DNA from: an uncultured Erysipelotrichaceae bacterium
GTDB lineage: Bacteria > Bacillota_I > Bacilli_A > RF39 > UBA660
Assembly (NCBI GenBank): GCA_902789225.1
Contig: CADANC010000008.1
Coordinates: forward strand, 3,917 to 67,916
Reading direction: 5' to 3'
DNA: 64,000 bases
In this document: in pieces, positions 46,756-56,000 of the stretch
Layout: each line of letters begins with the position of its first letter
Numbering within the stretch: the first letter of the stretch is position 1
Program-made: the position numbers and the translations under genes
Notes under the pieces: generated by a model
Told to the model about the DNA's origin: nothing
Database searches by the model: none
The model's input: the letters and a program-made list of their open reading frames with translations, nothing else

Positions 46756-47766
46756 TTATCTTCTAAACAATCCAAAGATAGATTTGTCTTCATTTCCAGA
46801 TGGTCTTTGAACTAAATTTATTCTTCCTAAAAAGTCCACAATTATTTCATTATTTTTTCTATCATTTAAAGGTGGCATATTATAGAAGAATCTTAGTCCT
46901 GATTCATATTCTAAATCATTTACATCTTTATTTGATAATAGACTATTGTTTAACATTACTCTTTCATTTCTTAATTTATCAAGTAAAGTACGATGTCTAT
47001 CAATCATTTTATTTAATTTTAGTGTACTTGGCTCCACTAAATATATTATTGCATTACACATTGATGTGTCTTCTGAGTTATTTAAATCTATCAATGCAAA
47101 TCTAATTCTTTTATCTCTAGAAATTAATAATCTCATATCATTTTCTGTAGTAGATACCATATTAGATCTATTGAAATATTTAAAATCACTCTTTTGCAAT
47201 TCTAACGCTAAAACCTTATCTGCTCCATATATAGAAGACAAAGCTTTTGTCATCATATATATAAGAGTTGTTGCTCCAGCATGTTCTGTAGCACTTTTGA
47301 TTCCAATAACTATTGCAGGTCCATTACTTGGAGCTTGTGATTCACCAACTGTAACAGCTTCTTGACTTGCTTCAGCTCCTGTTGGTTCTATACCTTGAAT
47401 ATGTGATACATCTTCATAAGTATTAGTCTTTTTTAATAAATATCTTACACCCTCTAAATTAGTTGTAAAATTATATAATCCTGCATGTACCAATAATGAC
47501 AAGTATTGAGTTGTACAATATTCCGAATTTTCAGGCAAAAATATAATTATCTTATCTGCTTCTAAAGAGTTTGCTAAGGTTTCTAATGATCTAATATCTT
47601 TATTTCTATCTATAGCTGTGATATCAATTATCATTTTATTATAGAAAAATGTTTTAAACATATCACCTATTTCTTGTGATTTGAATGTACCTGAAATATG
47701 TTTGATGATATCTATATCTAATGAGGATAATCGATTCTCTTGTCTATTAGTTATTAATACATTCAT
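46756..47766 (-). CDS. TadZ/CpaE-like ParA-fold protein with degenerate Walker A (tentative)
   Basis: 336 aa. A receiver-like N-terminal ~110 aa is followed by IVIGIKSATEHAGATTLIYMMTKAL...KVLALEL, which has the layout of ParA/MinD-type TadZ but lacks the KGGxGK lysines. Confidence 0.35.
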   Translation of the reverse strand: MNVLITNRQENRLSSLDIDIIKHISGTFKSQEIGDMFKTFFYNKMIIDITAIDRNKDIRSLETLANSLEADKIIIFLPENSEYCTTQYLSLLVHAGLYNFTTNLEGVRYLLKKTNTYEDVSHIQGIEPTGAEASQEAVTVGESQAPSNGPAIVIGIKSATEHAGATTLIYMMTKALSSIYGADKVLALELQKSDFKYFNRSNMVSTTENDMRLLISRDKRIRFALIDLNNSEDTSMCNAIIYLVEPSTLKLNKMIDRHRTLLDKLRNERVMLNNSLLSNKDVNDLEYESGLRFFYNMPPLNDRKNNEIIVDFLGRINLVQRPSGNEDKSIFGLFRR

Positions 47767-47801
47767 ATACTCCCTCTACCCTTTTTATTTTTATTCTATT
47801 T

Positions 47802-48317
47802 TTAATGTGTTTTTGTCTTTATATTCATTGGAATATCCTTTGTATCTCCAGTTACTTGAAATATACTTAAATTTGGTAACAATTTATTGATTATTGGTAA
47901 ATCAATATATACTTGAGTAACTATTCTGAAGGATTTATATTCTATTGAAGTTATTGTTGAATCTATTCCATCAACAACTTTTTTTTGTGACTCTAGCCAA
48001 CAAAATCCTAATGCTTGATTACACTTACAATCTGTATATCCTTCTGTACTTGATTTACTACAGATTGAAGCTTGTGACATATTTACATTTGCTTGATATC
48101 CAATTGTCTTTTCATAATTTAACACATCCTTATAACATGTGTTTTCTGCATTATTAAAGTCACAGCTTCCATTATAATTTTCAATAGTTGAAATTATTTT
48201 GTTCTTTACTTTAAAAGCTTTAGCATAACTTACGTTAAATGCTAAGTAACCTGATACTAAGGTCATAAATACAACTATTATAACTATGTTTAATAATCCT
48301 CCAAAGGCATCTCTCAT
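47802..48317 (-). CDS. N-anchored pseudopilin-like (TadE/F-position) Cys-rich protein
   Basis: 171 aa. The N-terminal MRDAFGG/LLNIVIIVVFMTLV hydrophobic helix is followed by 6 Cys. It lies directly downstream of the pilin-like ORF. Confidence 0.35.
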   Translation of the reverse strand: MRDAFGGLLNIVIIVVFMTLVSGYLAFNVSYAKAFKVKNKIISTIENYNGSCDFNNAENTCYKDVLNYEKTIGYQANVNMSQASICSKSSTEGYTDCKCNQALGFCWLESQKKVVDGIDSTITSIEYKSFRIVTQVYIDLPIINKLLPNLSIFQVTGDTKDIPMNIKTKTH

Positions 48318-48346
48318 AAATTATGCTCTCCTTTTTTTTTTAATTA

Positions 48347-48514
48347 TTAACCAACACTTCCTGGTTGTTCGCCGTGATATGTTGAAATATTATTCCATTG
48401 GTTGTTAATTGTATTTCTAATTGTAGGCCACATTACCCAGAAAAATGCGATTACTGCTCCAACTGCTAATAGAGTAATAACTGTTAAATTTAATTCTCCT
48501 GTAGCTGCTTTCAT
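48347..48514 (-). CDS. flp: 55-aa Flp-type pilin candidate (absent from ORF track)
   Basis: My translation is MKAATGELNLTVITLLAVGAVIAFFWVMWPTIRNTINNQWNNISTYHGEQPGSVG. A short leader ending in Gly precedes a hydrophobic helix. The RBS is AGGAAAGGAGA and the gene has its own promoter. It sits between the tadC-like gene and the pseudopilin-like gene. Confidence 0.45.
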   Translation of the reverse strand: MKAATGELNLTVITLLAVGAVIAFFWVMWPTIRNTINNQWNNISTYHGEQPGSVG

Positions 48515-48545
48515 TTAATCTTATCTCCTTTCCTACTATAACTTT

Positions 48546-48574
48546 AGTATAGCAAAAATTTTTTTTTTTTACAA
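48546..48574 (-). promoter_or_regulatory. Sigma-A promoter of the pilin-like ORF (TTGTAA-N17-TATACT) with an A/T homopolymer spacer
   Basis: Minus strand: TTGTAA at 48574-48569, spacer A10-T5-GC, TATACT at 48551-48546. The genomic tract is T12 at 48559-48570 plus A5 at 48554-48558. Confidence 0.55.
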
Positions 48575-48603
48575 TCTATTTATTATATTTTACATGTTCG
48601 TTT

Positions 48604-49395
48604 TTATGCTGAGAATATCATCATCATAGATACCAAAATTATAAACATAACTATTACACCTGTAACAACAAGCATAATCATTGTTTGATTTTCCATGTGA
48701 TCTAATCTAGCTTTATATTTTGTTTCTCTTGCTTTGTTTTGAAGTGATGATACTGTTCTTGAAAATGTCATTAATCTTTCTTCTTTGTTTTCTTGTGAAC
48801 CAATTCCTAAACGATAAAGAAGACGCATCATTCTCATTGAATCTCTAACAGGATATGTATTAGCAAATTCCATATATGGATCTACTGAAGAATCTCCTGA
48901 ATTAATTCTATCGATCATCTTTCTTAATCCTGGTCTAAATATCTCAGGTGCATCTGGAATTGATTTACCTAATGCAACAGGAACAGTATAATGTTGAATT
49001 AAAATCTCTAAAGATTTTAAGTAATATGGTAACATTACGTCTATTTCATTTAAATGCTTTTTATAGAATGATTTTAATGATCTATATTGCATTTTAAATA
49101 CTAATGCTGCTATAGCTACTGAAATTACTACATTTAGTATTACATTGGCTCCAGTACTACTTAGTGTAAATATTAATACTACTAAGAATACTATTACTGC
49201 CATCATTGCTCTTTTCATATACACAGCATCAACATCTACTTCATCACCGTATTTTGCGTATAGTAAGAAGTTATAATCTTCTTCTCTAAATACTTCTAAA
49301 TATTTTTCATTGTCTGCTATAAATTTATCTTTATCTATAGTGTTATTATAGAAAAATATAAATAAAAGTATAGCTCCTATAACTAGTATTTCCAT
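48604..49395 (-). CDS. tadC: TadC-like T2SS-F family membrane protein
   Basis: 263 aa with N-terminal TM segments, a cytoplasmic helical domain (LPYYLKSLEILIQHYTVPVALGKSI...) and a C-terminal TM segment. It is adjacent to the tadB-like and tadA genes. Confidence 0.65.
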   Translation of the reverse strand: MEILVIGAILLFIFFYNNTIDKDKFIADNEKYLEVFREEDYNFLLYAKYGDEVDVDAVYMKRAMMAVIVFLVVLIFTLSSTGANVILNVVISVAIAALVFKMQYRSLKSFYKKHLNEIDVMLPYYLKSLEILIQHYTVPVALGKSIPDAPEIFRPGLRKMIDRINSGDSSVDPYMEFANTYPVRDSMRMMRLLYRLGIGSQENKEERLMTFSRTVSSLQNKARETKYKARLDHMENQTMIMLVVTGVIVMFIILVSMMMIFSA

Positions 49396-49403
49396 ATGAC
49401 CTC

Positions 49404-50306
49404 CTACTCTGCACCTACATTCTCATTGTAATACTTTTCTCCTTTTAGTAAGAAGTATGTATTTACAATAAGAGCTATATGTAAAAGTATTGGTACAAAT
49501 CCTTGATCAAGGAGTTTCAGGTATGTTTCTCTTCCTAATAGGTATTGTACTAACATTACCATCAAGTAAAGCATTATACCGAATTGTAAGAAGTTTTTAT
49601 GGAAATTAGCTCTTTCAATTCTATCTCGGTATACACTTTCGATAAGCATATCTATATCGTTTTGCATGTTTTCTAATGAATCAGCAGAGTTTCTTGCACC
49701 TTCTTTTGTAATTTGTAAGAATAATTGGTGCATATTCTTAACTATATAGAATGGATATAGTTGAGTCATATAAACTAAAGCTTCATCAATTGTACCATTG
49801 TCATAACACATATCAATCATGTGTTGAACATCACTTTTAACTGGATTATCTAAAACTCCAGAATTAACAACTCCTTCTAATGATTTAACAAAAGATTGAG
49901 TTGTAGCAAACTCCATAATTACGTTTGATGTATATGTCTGTATTTGCTCAAATATAAATTCAGAATAAATTCTTTTTGACCTTAAATATGATAAGTAAGG
50001 TACTACAAGTACAGATAAGAATACATAAACTATAGAGATTAATAAATTATAAAAATATAGATATGTTACTACAGCAGTAAATCCTCCTATAGCAATTACT
50101 TGAATAGTATATTGTCTAGGAGTATATTCTTGTCCTAATTCCTTAGTTTTTTCTCTTACTGCGTTATATGAATAAGGAGCAAATTTATCATACAATCCTT
50201 GAAAATTATTTTGAAAGAATTTTCCTACATTTTGGTCTTTTTTATTTCTATAAAAATATAGACCAAATACTACCACTGCTATAAATAAGAGTTCTTCAAT
50301 ATGCAT
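49404..50306 (-). CDS. tadB: TadB-like T2SS-F family membrane protein
   Basis: 300 aa with the same TM / cytoplasmic domain / TM topology. It lies immediately downstream of the ATPase. Confidence 0.65.
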   Translation of the reverse strand: MHIEELLFIAVVVFGLYFYRNKKDQNVGKFFQNNFQGLYDKFAPYSYNAVREKTKELGQEYTPRQYTIQVIAIGGFTAVVTYLYFYNLLISIVYVFLSVLVVPYLSYLRSKRIYSEFIFEQIQTYTSNVIMEFATTQSFVKSLEGVVNSGVLDNPVKSDVQHMIDMCYDNGTIDEALVYMTQLYPFYIVKNMHQLFLQITKEGARNSADSLENMQNDIDMLIESVYRDRIERANFHKNFLQFGIMLYLMVMLVQYLLGRETYLKLLDQGFVPILLHIALIVNTYFLLKGEKYYNENVGAE

Positions 50307-50319
50307 AAAATACTCCTTT

Positions 50320-51615
50320 CTATTCGTCTAATTTAGCTAAAACAGGTTGTTTAGTTTCTGTTGATGGTTGAGGCACTTCAGGTGATGCACTTTGAATAAG
50401 TGGCTCTTCAACAGGTGTTGATATTAATGGCTCTTCTGTAGTCATTTCAGGTAATTCTGAAGTAACTACTTCTTTTCTTTGTATATCGTCAGATTTATTA
50501 TCTGAAACATTTTTTTCTATCAAATCACCAGTTTCATTGTTATGAATCTCAAACTCATCATCTAGACCATCAACTATTGAATGAACATCTATATTTTGAT
50601 TATCTAGATATTCTATTAGGTGGTCACTTGGTTTAATCATAACACCATCAATTTCATTATTTTTTCTATATATTGTTCTTGATACAGGCTTATTATCATC
50701 ATCAACATAGAATTCTGTAACTTCATCTACCTCACGGTGGAAATTATTATACTTCTTACTATAATAAGCTCTAATGTGGACACCTATTTGAATATAACGA
50801 TATATTGTATTCAAAAATTGATCAACTTCTAAATCTGTTTCCATTAATGAATAAAGACGATATGGAATAGATGCTGCCTTGTCGGCATGGATTGTTGATA
50901 AAATGTTGTGTCCTGATGAAATTGAGTTACGTACTGCAGAAACGGCTTCTGCTGAACGAACTTCTGATAGTAAAATCCATTTTGGATTTTGACGCATACA
51001 TGTAACAAGAACGTCTGTATATGAAGCTACATTATTAGTCTTCATAGCAACTATATCTCTTTGTGGAAATATCTTGTCTAAGTGAAGTTCTAATGTATCT
51101 TCGATAGTTATTATTTTTTCTTTTGTTTCTGTATGTGATGCAAGATATTTTACAAATTCTGTTTTACCTGAACCAGTTTCTCCAGCAACAATAATATTAC
51201 AATGTCCTAATACACATTTTATTAAGAAGTCGTGAATACTAGCATTAAAATAATCTTCTTTTATTAACTTATCTTTATTAAGTCTTATTTTAGCTGGAGT
51301 TTTACGTATAACCAACGCTATTCCATTAGTTGCTATAGACTGATGTACGAAGTTAAGACGTAATTCAGAACTTTCTGCATCTAGAAAAGGTTTTGCATTA
51401 TTAAATGTTGTACCCATAACATTTGAACATTGAAAAGCAAGGCGTTCAACAAATTCTGGAGTAGCGCCTTGTATTTCAACATGCATTGAACCCTGTTGTA
51501 ACGAACGGATCCAAATTTGTCCGCCGTTACAATAGGAAATATCTGTTATGTCATCATTTTCTAATAGTGGTTTGAATGGACCAAAGTCTAATTTATCAAA
51601 TATATTTTCATTCAT
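50320..51615 (-). CDS. tadA: TadA/CpaF-type secretion ATPase
   Basis: 431 aa. Walker A AGETGSGKTEF, Asp box ITIEDTLEL, Walker B ILLSEVRSAEA, His box STIHA. The acidic/Pro-rich C-terminal ~80 aa carry an EEPLI duplication. Confidence 0.88.
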   Translation of the reverse strand: MNENIFDKLDFGPFKPLLENDDITDISYCNGGQIWIRSLQQGSMHVEIQGATPEFVERLAFQCSNVMGTTFNNAKPFLDAESSELRLNFVHQSIATNGIALVIRKTPAKIRLNKDKLIKEDYFNASIHDFLIKCVLGHCNIIVAGETGSGKTEFVKYLASHTETKEKIITIEDTLELHLDKIFPQRDIVAMKTNNVASYTDVLVTCMRQNPKWILLSEVRSAEAVSAVRNSISSGHNILSTIHADKAASIPYRLYSLMETDLEVDQFLNTIYRYIQIGVHIRAYYSKKYNNFHREVDEVTEFYVDDDNKPVSRTIYRKNNEIDGVMIKPSDHLIEYLDNQNIDVHSIVDGLDDEFEIHNNETGDLIEKNVSDNKSDDIQRKEVVTSELPEMTTEEPLISTPVEEPLIQSASPEVPQPSTETKQPVLAKLDE

Positions 51616-51645
51616 TTTTCCACTTCCCTTTTTATCTTTTTTATT

Positions 51646-52449
51646 TTATTGTCCTGTACCTTCAACAACAGTGATCTCATTAATATAATTAACTAGTTCT
51701 TCAGATGAGATTGCAACCTCTCCTGGATTTTCTTTTAATGATTCATTTGTTGGTACTGGAATTAATTCAGCAGAGTAAGAACCTAAGTTTTCAGTTTTTG
51801 TTAGTAATATAAACATGTCACTAGGTACTGCAAATACTACCATTGCTGGAGTTCTTTGTTCATCTAGATTAGCAAATACTGCTTGTCCAGATGCATCTTT
51901 TACAGCTAGTACTTTAACATTTTCTAACAATTTTGATACTCTGATGAAGTTTGATTGTTGTTGACCTTCTTCTCTTCTCTCAACAATTTTTACATAAATA
52001 TCAATGTAGTTTCCTGGATATACTGAGTTACCATATGTACTTGAAGTATTAACTGCCATGTTATATAGAACATATCCATTTGGATAACTTAATATGATAT
52101 TTGCAGGTAATTGTTCTTTTTCTACTACTTGTCTTTCGTAGAATAAACTTCCGGCAGGTATTAATGTATCTGCATTTGAATATTTATCTATAACTGCAGA
52201 TGCACTTCTAACTACATCTCCTTGTAACATTGAAGGAGGTACTTGTCTAGTTCCTACCATACTCTCAGTTATTTGTGTACCTGGAGAAATTTGTTGTCTA
52301 GCATATGGTACAGTTACTGGATTAGTTGCTTGATTAACACGCCAGTTGTAAGCAAAGTATAGTACAAATATTGCTACTACAATACCTACAACGGTTACTG
52401 TGTTCTTATTTGACAAGAATTTTTTTAATCCGCTTGATATATTTCCCAT
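51646..52449 (-). CDS. cpaB: CpaB/RcpC-like Flp pilus assembly protein (SAF domain)
   Basis: 267 aa. An N-terminal TM segment is followed by the SAF-like VPYARQQISPGTQITESMV. It lies upstream of tadA. Confidence 0.65.
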   Translation of the reverse strand: MGNISSGLKKFLSNKNTVTVVGIVVAIFVLYFAYNWRVNQATNPVTVPYARQQISPGTQITESMVGTRQVPPSMLQGDVVRSASAVIDKYSNADTLIPAGSLFYERQVVEKEQLPANIILSYPNGYVLYNMAVNTSSTYGNSVYPGNYIDIYVKIVERREEGQQQSNFIRVSKLLENVKVLAVKDASGQAVFANLDEQRTPAMVVFAVPSDMFILLTKTENLGSYSAELIPVPTNESLKENPGEVAISSEELVNYINEITVVEGTGQ

Positions 52450-52468
52450 TTTTATCCCCTTTCAATGT

Positions 52469-52993
52469 TTAATCTACTCTATTAATTATTTCTTCATTTC
52501 TTACAACTTTATAAACTCCATCTTGTTTTACCAAACTAATTGGTTTTCCTATAGATGAATTTTTGTTTTGAAATTGTTTCTTTAAATAATCATTTGTAGT
52601 AGTGTTGCTTTGAACTAACTCACTAATTGATGTTGTTATTTCTGCTGCTTGACCATCAAAACTTAAAGTTGTAAGTGAATCGACTTTTATTGTTACTTTT
52701 GGTGGTACTTCATTCAATGCATAGAATGTAATTTTGTACTCTCTTGTATCATTTATATTATTAGCAAATCTTCTAATAAATGATTCTACAAATTTCTCTT
52801 TATCCATTCTTACAATACCGTTCATTGCTTGAAAGTTTGTATCAAGAGAATCTTGCATTGCTGCTTCTGTAGTTTCTTTTACTAGATAATAGTCTAGTTC
52901 TCCACCAGTAGCATAATTATTTAAAACATTTATTAGTAGGAGGGCCAAAACGGCCAAGAATATAATTCCTACTGATAACATCGCTTTGTTCAT
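52469..52993 (-). CDS. N-anchored small protein (pseudopilin-like/assembly factor, unknown)
   Basis: 174 aa with an N-terminal hydrophobic helix, MNKAMLSVGIIFLAVLALLLINVL. Confidence 0.35.
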   Translation of the reverse strand: MNKAMLSVGIIFLAVLALLLINVLNNYATGGELDYYLVKETTEAAMQDSLDTNFQAMNGIVRMDKEKFVESFIRRFANNINDTREYKITFYALNEVPPKVTIKVDSLTTLSFDGQAAEITTSISELVQSNTTTNDYLKKQFQNKNSSIGKPISLVKQDGVYKVVRNEEIINRVD

Positions 52994-53011
52994 ATATTAT
53001 TACCCTCCTAT

Positions 53012-56000
53012 CTACTCTAATGAGCCTTGTGCTCTATAGTTTTTAGCTCTCATTGATCCTCTATCTTGTGATCTTGGTGTTACTACTCTTGTTCCATCTT
53101 TTAAAGTTAGTGTTTCAAGTTGATCTAAGAATTTACTTTCGTAGTATTGAACTCCTGTTTCTCTTGAAACTTGAGGATCCTCTACTTTTGCATCGAATGC
53201 ATAATTTCTATGATCTCTATTATATTGTCTAATAAAGTTAATTACATCAGTATCCATTATGAATTCGTAGTCTATTTGTTCTTCACTAAATGTTTGTCCG
53301 CTTTCAGCGTTATTTATTATTTCTTGTAATAATCTTTCTGGGTTATTGTCATAACCACCTGCTGCAAAATATTTCATTGTAGCATCTTTTGACCAGTTGA
53401 ATGGTAAGTTTTCTAAATTAGATAATAGTGTACCATCTTCTAGAATTACTCTTGTTTGTGTAGAATTTACAATTGGATTCTTTTCATCAAAACTTCTTGC
53501 TGTATAGTTTGTTGTATCGTTATCACATGGTGGATTATCACATTGATCAGTTGGACATTCATCTCCAACACAACATGGTTGTGTATTACAGCTTGTTGTT
53601 TCATTACTTATTGCATAGAAGCAAGATACTGAGAATTTCCATCCGAAGTATCCGAATCCTCCAGCTGCTCCTTCACCAGTTGCTTCTCCATAAATATTAT
53701 ATCCTTCTAATCTAGATTCACTATTTACAGCGTTTTCACTGTATTTTTTCTTACTAAATTTACCTGAGAATGATGGTGAATAATCATCAGATACAAATGA
53801 TTTTAGATATTCATTTGCCCATGCTTTATTTGTTTCATATACATATGGTGATAAACAAACTTGTCCTTCTAAATATGTCCATCCAGTTTGACCAGCTGCT
53901 GGTTTATCATAAGATGCATATTGATGTTTATTTTCTTGCCATGTTCCTGGTGTTGTCCATTCAGTTTGATACCATCTCTTACCATCGACATTACCATAAC
54001 ATCCACCATAACTTAATATAGTTCCTGGTTTAATATCATTTTTAACTACTTTATTAATATGACTTGTTTTATTGTTTGTATTTGTATCAACTTCTATTAT
54101 CTTCTTGCTTGTTCCTTTTGTTCCATCTTCTTGATATTTAAATTTAATTGTATAAGTTGCTTCAGAATTTGCACATGTTGTTGCTGCTTTACATGCTCTA
54201 ACTGCAGCTTGATATCTCTTTTCATTATATTCACAATCTTTTGCTTGTAAATCATCAGCTGTACATATATCTACTGTATCAGTAGCTCCTGTATCAGCAT
54301 TATAGTAATTAACTGTTACTTTAGCTCCTGGTTGAATATTACAATCAAAATCTAAATATGTATTATTGCTTTCACATCCTGACCAGAAACAATTGTCTGT
54401 ACAGTTAGGATTTCTAATAATACCATTTGTATTAACCATATATCCACTAGTTGAATTAGCTTTTACTATATAATTTGCTCTTAAATACCATAAACCTGGT
54501 GTAGTTCCAAATGCAGATGCTGAGTATCCAGCTCCTCCAATTGTACTATGGCCTGGACTGTTAAATCTAACTCCTCCTCCTCTTACATAATGATACATAC
54601 CACTAAGATTTGCAGTATTTGTATTTGCTAATTGAACTGTTCTAACATTATTTAAAGTATTTAATCCCATTTGTTTAGCAGTTGCACTTGTGTTATTTTC
54701 ATATACTTCGCTATAACACTTTTCGCTACATGCGTCTGTATATTTACCTCCATCACAATTCATAACACATGCATCAAATTCTTCATTTGGTCCACCTTGA
54801 TGACTTTGAGGAGGTACATTAGTTGGAGTATCTGGTGTAGATCCATATCCATTTGAACTTCTTAATGTTCCACCTACTCTATATCCATTACATATTGGAA
54901 CAGGTAAACAAATATTTTGATCACACTTAGGTGTTTTAATATGAGAAGTATCTGCTTCACAGTTTACAATAGAACTTACTTTGATTCTATATTCGAAACA
55001 CATACCACCTCTTGAATATACAGGAGGACCATAATCAACTTTTACTACTTCATTACATGTTCTTAAGCAATATCCAGCATCTTCTGTAACTTGATTATTA
55101 CTGTAATTATATATATATTTTCCAATTTTATATTTGAATACTTGAACACCTTTAAAATATGTTGTGTTTGATTCATCATAATAATATTGTGTTAATTCTG
55201 CTGTATGTTGATCTTCATGATATTTCTTTGCTGTTTGTCTATTATATGCTTCTATTAATTTAATTTCATCTTTTGTTAAATTTTCATCACAATATAGTGA
55301 TATTTTTTCACTAATTTTATCTGGTTTTATTGCATCAGCAGATGCAACTTCTTTTTCTGCAAATTTATATGAGTAAGCACGATCATTGATTTTCTTAAGT
55401 TTTCCAACTTCTCCAAAGCAAGAATCTCCACTGCATCCAGCTTTTGCTTCAAATGCACTATTATATTCGTTATAAGAATATGAAATTGATGCTAAATCAG
55501 TTCCTTCACTTACTTCATAGTTAGTAGATGTTGAATCTCTTGATACTGCTGTAGGAACTCCTTCTTGTGCTGATTGTTTAGCAATTGTTGTATTGATTTG
55601 AGCTAAATTTTCTGGATATAATCCGCTAATTTTATAACCATCCATATGTTCATTAGGATCATCAGTTGATGTTTCACTAATTGGTGTAATTGTTCTTGAA
55701 CCAGTTGCAGTTCTTACATATGGTTCTGTTAGAGAATATCCATTACCAGATGTTCCTATTTCAATAGTACCGTATGATGTTTTCCATGTTGCATTCTTAC
55801 AATAACCTTTTCCTTCTTCTCTATCTTCTTCTTTTGGAACATAGAAGTCTATGTTCAACTCAATATTTGTTGCTTTTTTTGTATCTTTTGGAGTGAATTT
55901 TTCATTTGTTGTTATTCCATCTTTACAAGTGATAGTTCCATCATTAATATTTTCACCTGAAACTTTAATTTTTACTGTTGAACCATTAGCTATAGTTTTT

